8,610 bases of DNA, from the IMG/VR virus record IMGVR_UViG_2778261030_000017, positions 1 to 8,610 of that record; one strand, given 5' to 3'. The stretch comes from a virus (taxonomy: Duplodnaviria; Heunggongvirae; Uroviricota; Caudoviricetes). Shown here in pieces: positions 1 to 6,361 of the stretch (position 1 is the stretch's first letter; every line of letters starts with the position of its first letter). A program made the position numbers and the translations under genes. The notes beneath the pieces were generated by a model. It worked only from the letters and a program-made list of their open reading frames with translations. It ran no database searches and was not told where the DNA came from.

Positions 1-137
1 ACCTGGCGCTGCGCAGGGCGAAAAGTGATGTTCAGAAGTGGGAGCGAGTCTGCGCCGCGCTGCGGGAGCTGAACAAGCACCGGGATATTGTTCGACAGAT
101 TACTGATTCTTCCCGCCGTGTTGTATCGGAAAAGTGA
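1..137 (+). CDS. 3' end of an upstream gene (partial, hypothetical phage protein)
   Basis: Open frame entering from the window edge (codons phased from position 3) ending at TGA 135-137, translating ...LALRRAKSDVQKWERVCAALRELNKHRDIVRQITDSSRRVVSEK. Backbone-like GC content. The stop sits 15 nt before the next start. No family recognised. Confidence 0.4.
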   Translation, partial: LALRRAKSDVQKWERVCAALRELNKHRDIVRQITDSSRRVVSEK

Positions 138-152
138 TTGCCGGAGGCGCTT

Positions 153-566
153 ATGGCAAAAGTATTTACACAGGAAGAGCGGGAAAAAATTAAAGGGCAG
201 GTTGTTGAGCTAGTACGCCGGAGTGGGCGCGAGACGTTACGGCAACTGGAAGCCAAGACAGGTGCGACAAGATATCTGATGAGCGTTCTTGCCAGAGAGC
301 TGGTTGCCAGTGGCGATGTATACAACTCTGGTTACGGGTTATTCCCATCTGAACAGGCTCGTAAGGACTGGCAAAACGCCCGCAAAAAACTATCGAGGGC
401 AAAACTGAAGAAACCGGTTGTGGTTGATCCTGACCTTATCTGGTCATTACCAGACGGAGAAATACGCCGCTATGACAGGCAATTGAACATAATTTGTAGT
501 GAGTGCCGTAACAGTGAAGTGATGCAGCGAGTTTTGATATTTTACACAGGAGTAATGATGGAATAG
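153..566 (+). CDS. hypothetical phage protein (about 137 aa)
   Basis: ORF-track frame 138..566; I place the start at ATG 153 because GGAGG at 143-147 sits 5 nt upstream (138 is TTG). Translation MAKVFTQEEREKIKGQVVELVRRSGRETLRQLEAKTGATRY... No family recognised with confidence. Confidence 0.55.
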   Translation: MAKVFTQEEREKIKGQVVELVRRSGRETLRQLEAKTGATRYLMSVLARELVASGDVYNSGYGLFPSEQARKDWQNARKKLSRAKLKKPVVVDPDLIWSLPDGEIRRYDRQLNIICSECRNSEVMQRVLIFYTGVMME

Positions 567-797
567 TGAAAATAACATGAAACCTTTGGATTCTGGTGTT
601 TCAGTGGATGGGAAAAGAGCAGATACATAGAAAATGAATAGCAATAATTCACAGTCTGGATGTTGTTTGTATGCTTATAAAATGATCCTAGTATGCATTG
701 CCGGAGTTGAATCAGCTCCAATGAAGAAACTGAGAGGAGTATTTAGAAGATAGCTAAATGGATGTAATTATTAGTATCTAAAAAATAGTATTTTTGA

Positions 798-863
798 AAT
801 GGGTCTAAGAACACAACAATGTACAAATGAGAAGTTATCTTTTAATATGTTCAAAGACCCATT
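798..863. repeat. long imperfect inverted repeat in the intergenic region downstream of the esterase gene
   Basis: AATGGGTCT (798-806) is the reverse complement of AGACCCATT (855-863). A second 5-bp segment pairs as well (809-813 with 848-852), giving a roughly 14-bp interrupted stem around a 34-nt loop. No T-run follows on either strand. Confidence 0.3.
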
Positions 864-917
864 AGGATTGATATCAGTTATGTTAGCTAGATTGATAAAG
901 TGATTACATATTTTCTG

Positions 918-1691
918 TTATATGCTGAAATGAATAATGCTATTCCAGAGTGCAGCAGAGAAAGTCTCCTGATGATTGAGCTCTGGAAATTGTACAATAG
1001 AAAAATTACTGTATTTTTCTGTCAAAATATTTCTCAAAACAGATTCCGCTTTGATGGCTTCAGGATATAAAGATGCGGAGTAATCAAGGCTAAGATTTCC
1101 GTTAAGCAAGCATATACTTTTAGTGTGCTTTGATTCTGATATATCATCTTTAATTATCTTGATGATTCTTTCATTCTGCCATAGAAGTGATGGTGCAGAT
1201 ATATAATAATAGTTAAAGCATGAATTATTTTTTAAGCAATCAAGCACAAAAATAGCACCTAGCGAGTGCCCCCATATACCGATTCTGGAACTGTTCGGAG
1301 CAATAGTACTAACCCATGGCATGATCTGAGTTAGTAATAATTCTCGGAAAGACTGGCTTCCTCCACCAGTAAAGTAGATCCATGCTGGTTTAGAGTTATC
1401 AACAATAGCATTTTCACCATCAGGAGTATAATCGTAAGCACGGCGATGAATGCTAAGGTTATTCCAAGATTCATAACCAAGTGTAACTAACACTGGTGGA
1501 TTGGGTAGTGCATCAATAACAGGCAGAATATCAGAAATGTAATTGTTGGCACTATTCCCATCAAGTATATAAAGAGTTGCATTATTTTTTTTAATGTTTT
1601 TTGGAGTAAAAATACATATTTTATATTTGGTGTCATGGTTAATTGAGTTAAATATGCGTGTTTGACAATGAATGTCCATATGTTTAGTCAT
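918..1691 (-). CDS. alpha/beta-hydrolase fold esterase (putative esterase family, serine hydrolase), 257 aa
   Basis: Minus-strand ORF with a GxSxG nucleophile motif (IGIWGHSLGAIF), an upstream YILDGN segment and a C-terminal His (FPELNHQ), consistent with a Ser-Asp-His triad. GGAG lies 5 nt upstream of the ATG on the minus strand (complement of 1697-1700). Very AT-rich relative to flanking DNA. No signal peptide evident. Confidence 0.75.
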   Translation of the reverse strand: MTKHMDIHCQTRIFNSINHDTKYKICIFTPKNIKKNNATLYILDGNSANNYISDILPVIDALPNPPVLVTLGYESWNNLSIHRRAYDYTPDGENAIVDNSKPAWIYFTGGGSQSFRELLLTQIMPWVSTIAPNSSRIGIWGHSLGAIFVLDCLKNNSCFNYYYISAPSLLWQNERIIKIIKDDISESKHTKSICLLNGNLSLDYSASLYPEAIKAESVLRNILTEKYSNFSIVQFPELNHQETFSAALWNSIIHFSI

Positions 1692-1854
1692 GCGTTCTCC
1701 CCATGAGCATTAAAGGATGCTTAAGATATGCTATGTCACTGATAAAAAATTTGTTGTGTGTGTTTAGTTATTTTATCTACCTCCATTATGATTTAAGACT
1801 GATATATGTTATCAGCAAAGGTACATCGTTATTATTTTACCTGTCAATACATTT

Positions 1855-1873
1855 GATATTGATTATCGTTTAC
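1855..1873. promoter_or_regulatory. Fur-box-like sequence in the esterase upstream region
   Basis: GATATTGATTATCGTTTAC matches the 19-bp Fur consensus GATAATGATAATCATTATC at 14 of 19 positions by my hand alignment. It lies about 165 bp upstream of the esterase start on the minus strand. The background is AT-rich, so a chance match is plausible. Confidence 0.2.
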
Positions 1874-2169
1874 ATCGCTTGCTTAGGAAATTGAAGGCAG
1901 GTAACTATCATGTCAATGAACTAACCCACAGTCTAACGTACTTCTTTCCCCAATCACCAACAACCAAATTCCTGTTATCACCACTGGGATTTTGGCGCAA
2001 CTTCATGGTGCAGAGGTAAATAGCATCAAGCAAAATCTCTTTTTCCGTTGTTGTCCTTATGGGACGTCTGTCTTTCTGACCGATTTCATATTGGCGAGGT
2101 AATGGGAAGTTAAGTAGAATAGCTGCGGGTGCTTGAGGCTATCTGCCTCGGGCATGAACACCAACGGCA

Positions 2170-2250
2170 GATAGAGAAAAGCCCCAGTTAACATTACGCG
2201 TCCTGCAAGACGCTTAACATTAATCTGAGGCTCAATCCATGCTGAACACA
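2170..2250 (-). ncRNA. sok: predicted Sok-type antisense RNA region of the hok/mok locus (boundaries approximate)
   Basis: By analogy with hok/sok loci, the antisense RNA is made from the opposite strand across the mok start (ATG 2239). A candidate minus-strand promoter is TTGCCT, 17-nt spacer, TAACCT (complement of about 2254-2282). A minus-strand hairpin GCGTC-N6-GACGC lies further downstream. Exact ends are not determinable from sequence. Confidence 0.3.
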
Positions 2251-2451
2251 TGTAGGTTAGCCTCTTACGTGCCGAAAGGCAAGGAGAAGCAGGCTATGAA
2301 GCAGCAAAAGGCGATGTTAATCGCCCTGATCGTCATCTGTTTAACCGTCATAGTGACGGCACTGGTAACGAGGAAAGACCTCTGCGAGGTGCGAATCCGA
2401 ACCGGTCAGACGGAGGTCGCTGTCTTCGTAGACTACGAATCTGAGAAGTAA
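2239..2451 (+). CDS. mok: Mok (modulator of killing) reading frame, in-frame N-terminal extension of Hok
   Basis: ATG 2239 opens MLNTCRLASYVPKGKEKQA, which runs in frame into the Hok start. The MLNTCR beginning matches my recollection of MokC-type proteins. Confidence 0.55.
   Translation: MLNTCRLASYVPKGKEKQAMKQQKAMLIALIVICLTVIVTALVTRKDLCEVRIRTGQTEVAVFVDYESEK
2296..2451 (+). CDS. hok: Hok/Gef family type I toxin (51 aa membrane peptide), HokD/RelF-like
   Basis: Hand translation gives MKQQKAMLIALIVICLTVIVTALVTRKDLCEVRIRTGQTEVAVFVDYESEK: one transmembrane helix plus the conserved Hok C-terminal motif. A G-rich interrupted hairpin follows at about 2458-2485, as at hok mRNA 3' ends. Confidence 0.9.
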   Translation: MKQQKAMLIALIVICLTVIVTALVTRKDLCEVRIRTGQTEVAVFVDYESEK

Positions 2452-2570
2452 GAGACCAGGCGGGGGAGTAATCTCCCGCCACCTCTGATGTGTCAGGCAT
2501 CCTCAACGCACCCGCGCTTTACCATACTGAAAATGCTGTTTGAATGTTCATCTCTGAAAGAGGACTATGA

Positions 2571-2915
2571 ATGAAAAAGGTATTGATTGCAGCACTTATT
2601 TCCGGTGTGTCTTTTGGCGCTTTTGCACAGCAGGGTGGTTTCCAGGGGCCAGAAGCAGAGCGTTCAACAGTAGCGCAGGCAAAAGAACTGAAGGATGATG
2701 CATGGGTTATCCTTGAAGGGAGCATCGTTAAAAAAGTGGGTGATGAACGTTATGAGTTTCGTGACAATAGCGGGACAATTGTCACGGATATTGATGACAG
2801 CGTATGGGCCGGGCAGAATGTTTCTCCGAAAGACAAAGTAAGAATTGAGGGTGAAATTGATAAAGACCTGAGCAGTGTTGAAGTTGATGTAAAGGCACTG
2901 AAATTATTAAAGTAA
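2571..2915 (+). CDS. secreted OB-fold protein, YgiW/YdeI (BOF, DUF388) family, 114 aa
   Basis: N-terminal signal peptide MKKVLIAALISGVSFGAFA followed by QQGGFQGP. The mature part follows the YgiW-type pattern (KDDAWVILEGSIVKKVGDERYEFRDNSGTIVTDIDDSVW...KDKVRIEGEIDKD). RBS AGAGGA lies 6 nt upstream of the ATG. Confidence 0.85.
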   Translation: MKKVLIAALISGVSFGAFAQQGGFQGPEAERSTVAQAKELKDDAWVILEGSIVKKVGDERYEFRDNSGTIVTDIDDSVWAGQNVSPKDKVRIEGEIDKDLSSVEVDVKALKLLK

Positions 2916-2933
2916 CCGCCCCTGCTTGTTAAG

Positions 2934-2960
2934 CCCGTCTTACTGACGGGTTTTCTGTTT
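2934..2960 (+). terminator. rho-independent terminator after the YgiW-like gene
   Basis: CCCGTC (2934-2939), loop TTACT, GACGGG (2945-2950), then TTTTCTGTTT. Confidence 0.6.
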
Positions 2961-2987
2961 GTACATTCCGGCGTATTGCCTTACAAT
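2959..2987 (+). promoter_or_regulatory. candidate sigma70 promoter for the operon running from the 3037 ORF through DUF968, rusA and Q
   Basis: TTGTAC (2959-2964), 17-nt spacer, TACAAT (2982-2987), about 50 nt upstream of ATG 3037. Found by eye only. Confidence 0.3.
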
Positions 2988-3036
2988 TCGCGCAGTCAGC
3001 CTGAACAACTGACACCTGCTGTCACCGGAGAATCCG

Positions 3037-3309
3037 ATGACACAACACATAAAATCCCACAATTCTGAAGCCGACCCGGAAATTAAGCAGGGGAGGCGTT
3101 TTCGTGCGCCTCAGTATGGCTGGTTTCACTATCTGTTCTGTACGATCGATGAGGCAGATATGCTTCAAGAGGCGTATCTGCGTCGCGGTGTCCGTGTGGA
3201 GCGGAGTCTGAACGCTGATCGTCTGACCTGGACCGTTTCTGTATATCTTCCTGTTCGTGCACATCTGCCACGGACACATGCCTGCTACCGTCAGCGCGTC
3301 TGGAGGTAA
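3037..3309 (+). CDS. hypothetical protein (90 aa), translationally coupled to the DUF968 gene
   Basis: GGAG at 3027-3030 sits 6 nt before ATG 3037. The stop TAA 3307-3309 is followed by the GTG start of the next gene at 3311. Family not recognised. Confidence 0.5.
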   Translation: MTQHIKSHNSEADPEIKQGRRFRAPQYGWFHYLFCTIDEADMLQEAYLRRGVRVERSLNADRLTWTVSVYLPVRAHLPRTHACYRQRVWR

Positions 3310-3310
3310 T

Positions 3311-4360
3311 GTGCGGGTATTACTTCGACCTGTTCTGGTTCCGGAACTCGGGCTGGTGGTCCTTAAGCCCGGTCGTGAATCATTGCCAGTTTTTCATCGC
3401 GGCAGGGTGCTGGTGGAGCCGGAACCGAAAAACATGCGGGCGCTGCCATCTGGAGCGGTTCCTACTGTTCGCCAGCCGCTGGCGGAAGATAAATCACTGC
3501 TGCCATTTTTCAGCGATGAGCGGGTGATTCGTGCAGCTGGCGGCGCTGGTGCACTGTCTGACTGGTTATTACGTCACGTGAAATCCTGCCAGTGGCCACA
3601 CGGCGATTATCATCACAGCGAAACCGTTATTCACAGTTACGGTGCTGGCGCAATGGTGTTGTGCTGGCACTGCGACAACCAGCTGCGCGACCAGACCTCC
3701 GAATCACTTGAGCAACTTACTCAACAAAATCTGACAGCCTGGATGATTGACGTCATACGCCATGTAATGAATGGCACGCAGGAGCGGGAATTATCGCTGG
3801 CTGAATTATCCTGGTGGGCGGTCCGCAATCAGGTGGCGGACGCGCTACCGGAAGCGGTATTACGTCGTTCGCTGGGGTTGCGTGCGGAAAAAATCCGCTC
3901 AATGTACCGTGAAAGCGACATCATACCGGGAGAACAGACCGCCACCAGCATACTGAAGCAGCGCACAAAAAATATTGCGCTACCGCCTCACACCCACCAG
4001 CAACAGAACCCACCACAGGAAAAGACGGTGGTCAGCATTGCCGTTGATCCGGAGTCTCCGGAATCCTTCATGAAACGACCTAAACGTCGCCGCTGGGTAA
4101 ATGAGAAATACACACGCTGGGTAAAGACACAGCCGTGTGCGTGTTGTGGTAAGCCAGCGGACGATCCTCATCATCTGATTGGTCATGGTCAGGGTGGAAT
4201 GGGAACAAAATCCCACGATATTTTCACGCTACCGCTGTGTCGGGAGCATCACAACGAGCTTCATGCGGATCCGCTGGCGTTCGAAGAAAAGCATGGTTCC
4301 CAGGTTGATTTAATTTTTCGTTTTCTTGATCACGCCTTTGCAACCGGCGTGCTCGGGTAA
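3311..4360 (+). CDS. DUF968 family phage protein (YdfU-like) with a C-terminal Cys/His HNH-like zinc motif, 349 aa
   Basis: Start reassigned to GTG 3311 (RBS GGAGG 3302-3306, 4-nt spacing), giving (M)RVLLRPVLVPELGLVVLKPGRE... and a 349-aa product that fits my recollection of YdfU-like proteins. C-terminal motif CACCGKPADDPHHLIGHG...CREHHNELH. The ORF-track start at 3257 has no RBS. Confidence 0.85.
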   Translation: MRVLLRPVLVPELGLVVLKPGRESLPVFHRGRVLVEPEPKNMRALPSGAVPTVRQPLAEDKSLLPFFSDERVIRAAGGAGALSDWLLRHVKSCQWPHGDYHHSETVIHSYGAGAMVLCWHCDNQLRDQTSESLEQLTQQNLTAWMIDVIRHVMNGTQERELSLAELSWWAVRNQVADALPEAVLRRSLGLRAEKIRSMYRESDIIPGEQTATSILKQRTKNIALPPHTHQQQNPPQEKTVVSIAVDPESPESFMKRPKRRRWVNEKYTRWVKTQPCACCGKPADDPHHLIGHGQGGMGTKSHDIFTLPLCREHHNELHADPLAFEEKHGSQVDLIFRFLDHAFATGVLG

Positions 4361-4372
4361 AAGAGGTTACTG

Positions 4373-4744
4373 ATGCGTATAGAGTTTGTTTTGCTTTACC
4401 CGCCGACGGTGAACACCTACTGGCGACGTCGTGGCAGCACATATTTTGTATCAAAAGCCGGTGAGCGTTATCGCCGGGCTGTGGCGCTTATTGTTCGCCA
4501 GCAGCGGCTGAAATTAAGCCTGTCCGGAAGGCTGGCGATAAAGGTGATTGCAGAGCCACCGGATAAGCGCCGCCGTGACCTGGACAACATTCTGAAAGCA
4601 CCGCTGGATGCGCTGACGCATGCGGAAGTGCTCATTGATGACGAGCAGTTTGATGAAATCAATATTGTGCGCGGTCAGCCTGTGCCAGGTGGACGGCTGG
4701 GCGTGAAGATTTACGAAATCAGAGGTGGTAACGATGGCGCGTGA
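4373..4744 (+). CDS. rusA: RusA family Holliday-junction resolvase
   Basis: 123 aa with the RusA signature [39 protein letters not shown] lies 6 nt upstream of the ATG. Position between the DUF968 gene and Q is the usual nin-region place. Confidence 0.9.
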   Translation: MRIEFVLLYPPTVNTYWRRRGSTYFVSKAGERYRRAVALIVRQQRLKLSLSGRLAIKVIAEPPDKRRRDLDNILKAPLDALTHAEVLIDDEQFDEINIVRGQPVPGGRLGVKIYEIRGGNDGA

Positions 4745-5105
4745 TATCCAGATGGTTCTTGAGCGATGGGGGGCATGGGCAGCAAATAATCATGAAGATG
4801 TAACATGGCCCTCGATAGCTGCTGGTTTTAAAGGATTAATCCCGACTAAAGTGAAATCACGTCCTAAGTGTTCTGATGATGACGCCATGATAATTTGTGG
4901 TTGTATGGCACGATTAAACAAGAATAATCAGTATTTGCACGATTTGTTGGTGGATTATTACGTAGGTGGAATGACATTTATGGCTCTTGCACGTAAGCAT
5001 AGATGTTCTGATGGGCTTATTGGTAAAAGGCTTTATAAAGCGGAAGGTATTATTGAAGGAATGCTTATGGCTCTGAATGTCCGGTTAGATATGGATATGC
5101 GGTAG
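4734..5105 (+). CDS. late-gene antiterminator Q (phage antitermination protein Q family, QuuD-like)
   Basis: [25 protein letters not shown]...[11 protein letters not shown]...[27 protein letters not shown] matches my recollection of QuuD/82-type Q proteins. Start ATG 4734 follows GAGGTGG and overlaps the rusA stop by 11 nt. The ORF-track start at 4725 is a GTG inside that RBS. Confidence 0.85.
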   Translation: MARDIQMVLERWGAWAANNHEDVTWPSIAAGFKGLIPTKVKSRPKCSDDDAMIICGCMARLNKNNQYLHDLLVDYYVGGMTFMALARKHRCSDGLIGKRLYKAEGIIEGMLMALNVRLDMDMR

Positions 5106-5196
5106 GGATATATAGTGATGAGGGTTATGTTTTCTGTGTTTATAATTAACATGTTTATTTTTTGATGGTCATGTATTGTGGAAGGTAGATAAAATG

Positions 5197-5225
5197 TTGC
5201 CTGGTGAATTGAAAATATTGATAAT
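5197..5225 (+). promoter_or_regulatory. candidate sigma70 promoter for the CPBP gene
   Basis: TTGCCT (5197-5202), 17-nt spacer, GATAAT (5220-5225), about 30 nt upstream of ATG 5257. A separate perfect TATAAT at 5141-5146 may belong to the phage late promoter, but I cannot assign it. Confidence 0.3.
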
Positions 5226-5256
5226 CAATCTTCATCATTAAATAAAAGGAGTGCTT

Positions 5257-6075
5257 ATGTGGATTGTGTTAGTACTGTCACTGTCAACTCTCAGTTGGCA
5301 TAAGGTAGTGGCTTTTTCATTGTTGACGGTGTCTGTTGTCCTGGCTGTGCTTAATGATATTATTGATTGGTCGGTGTTATTTTTTGTTGCTACAATCGTT
5401 TTTTTTATTATTTTGAAGTTCAACTGGAAATATAACGCCTGGGCTAAATCTATATATGAAGTTGGCATAGTTTTATCAGCCATAGCATTATCTTTCCATC
5501 TATGGCCAGGGTTTCACAATCCTGTAGTGCTAAATTCTGTTACTGTTGGCCCTCAAAGTACTCCCTATACAATGTATTTTAATTTTGATAAAGCGCTGGT
5601 GCCATTTTTGTTAGTCCTGTGTACATCTTCTTTGTTTAAAAAAGAAGTAAAATCAGAAGTGTCTTTGTGGAAGTGGGGGGCTCTGTCGCTCTCTGTTCCT
5701 CTTATCCTGTTTTTGGCTGTTTTTTTTGGTGGATTAAAGCCAGAGATTCATTTTCCTGAGTGGTTGCCAGAGTTTATATTGGCTAATTTGTTTTTTGTGT
5801 CTCTGGCAGAGGAATCATTATTTAGAGGGTATATTCAATCACGGCTATCAGAAGTAACGTCTCCATTGGTTGCATTAATTGTGGCGGCTTTGTTGTTTGG
5901 TTTTTATCACTATTCAGGTGGTGCTTTACTTGTATTATTTGCCACGTTATCTGGTGTTGTGTATGGATTGTCATGGATGTGGAGTGGGCGTTTGTGGGTT
6001 GCCACCCTTTTCCATTTTGGTTTGAATCTGTGTCACTTGTTATTCTTTACCTATCCATTTTTAAAACATAATTGA
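5257..6075 (+). CDS. CPBP family intramembrane metalloprotease (CAAX protease / Abi domain), polytopic membrane protein, 272 aa
   Basis: All three CPBP motifs are present in order: EExxxR (AEESLFRGY), FxxxH (FGFYHYS), HxxxN (HFGLNLCH). Multiple hydrophobic helices. Start placed at ATG 5257 because AAGGAG 5246-5251 sits 5 nt upstream (the ORF-track GTG at 5251 lies inside the RBS). Strongly AT-rich compared with the Q gene immediately upstream. Confidence 0.85.
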   Translation: MWIVLVLSLSTLSWHKVVAFSLLTVSVVLAVLNDIIDWSVLFFVATIVFFIILKFNWKYNAWAKSIYEVGIVLSAIALSFHLWPGFHNPVVLNSVTVGPQSTPYTMYFNFDKALVPFLLVLCTSSLFKKEVKSEVSLWKWGALSLSVPLILFLAVFFGGLKPEIHFPEWLPEFILANLFFVSLAEESLFRGYIQSRLSEVTSPLVALIVAALLFGFYHYSGGALLVLFATLSGVVYGLSWMWSGRLWVATLFHFGLNLCHLLFFTYPFLKHN

Positions 6076-6216
6076 TTTTTTCTATGGTTTTAAATTTATA
6101 AGACTGAAAAATAGCAGGACGTGACATTTGCATGAAAAATATGCACGGCAAAGCATTTACGTACGTAAAAAATCAGGTATGCTGTTAAGAGTGGTTATTT
6201 CGCCGCATAGCTTGAC

Positions 6217-6240
6217 CCCGCCTCTGAGCGGGTTTTTTGT
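6217..6240 (+). terminator. rho-independent terminator downstream of the CPBP gene
   Basis: CCCGC (6217-6221), loop CTCTGA, GCGGG (6228-6232), then TTTTTTGT. Confidence 0.6.
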
Positions 6241-6361
6241 GCCCGCAAAGTAGCGCAGTGCGTTAAATGTGCTGGTAGTTATTAATACAGGTCTTTCAGC
6301 TTGCTGGCTTTTTCGACAAGAGTTATTGGTGTGTCACGTTAACCGGAAAGGGTAAAAAGAC

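Noticed and set aside
32-402. Minus-strand ORFs 32..325 and 190..402
   Set aside because: They are antisense to the better-supported + strand genes (1..137 and 153..566, the latter with a GGAGG RBS), have Ser/Arg-rich composition and no RBS.
1703-1894. 63-aa + strand ORF (MSIKGCLRYAMSLIKNLL...)
   Set aside because: Low-complexity, extremely AT-rich, no RBS, and it lies in the upstream control region of the minus-strand esterase gene. It looks like a chance open frame.
2057-2251. 64-aa minus-strand ORF overlapping the hok leader
   Set aside because: It overlaps the region expected to encode the hok mRNA leader and Sok antisense RNA. The minus-strand product here is more plausibly the non-coding Sok RNA.
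3022-3279. Minus-strand ORFs 3022..3279 and 3083..3277
   Set aside because: They are antisense to the RBS-supported, translationally coupled 3037..3309 ORF, with no start signals of their own.
3309-4454. Alternative-frame ORFs inside or against the DUF968 gene (3309..3527, 3771..3956, 3980..4216 minus, 4224..4454 minus) and 4468..4662 minus inside rusA
   Set aside because: They are embedded in confidently assigned genes whose translations show recognisable family motifs. The alternative frames have low-complexity, Arg/Trp/Cys-rich translations typical of off-frame reads of GC-rich coding DNA.
5141-5146. Perfect TATAAT 36 nt downstream of Q, considered as the Q-dependent late promoter pR'
   Set aside because: I found no acceptable -35 element at 16 to 18 bp spacing and cannot recognise a qut site by eye. 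The late promoter may lie here or in the 6240-6360 backbone block, so it is left unassigned.
6132-6188. 18-codon mini-ORF (MKNMHGKAFTYVKNQVCC) just downstream of the CPBP gene, considered as a possible bacteriocin-like peptide partner
   Set aside because: No usable RBS (the nearest AGGA is about 13 nt upstream), no leader-peptide features, too short, and it lies in backbone-composition DNA. It is not supportable as a gene.
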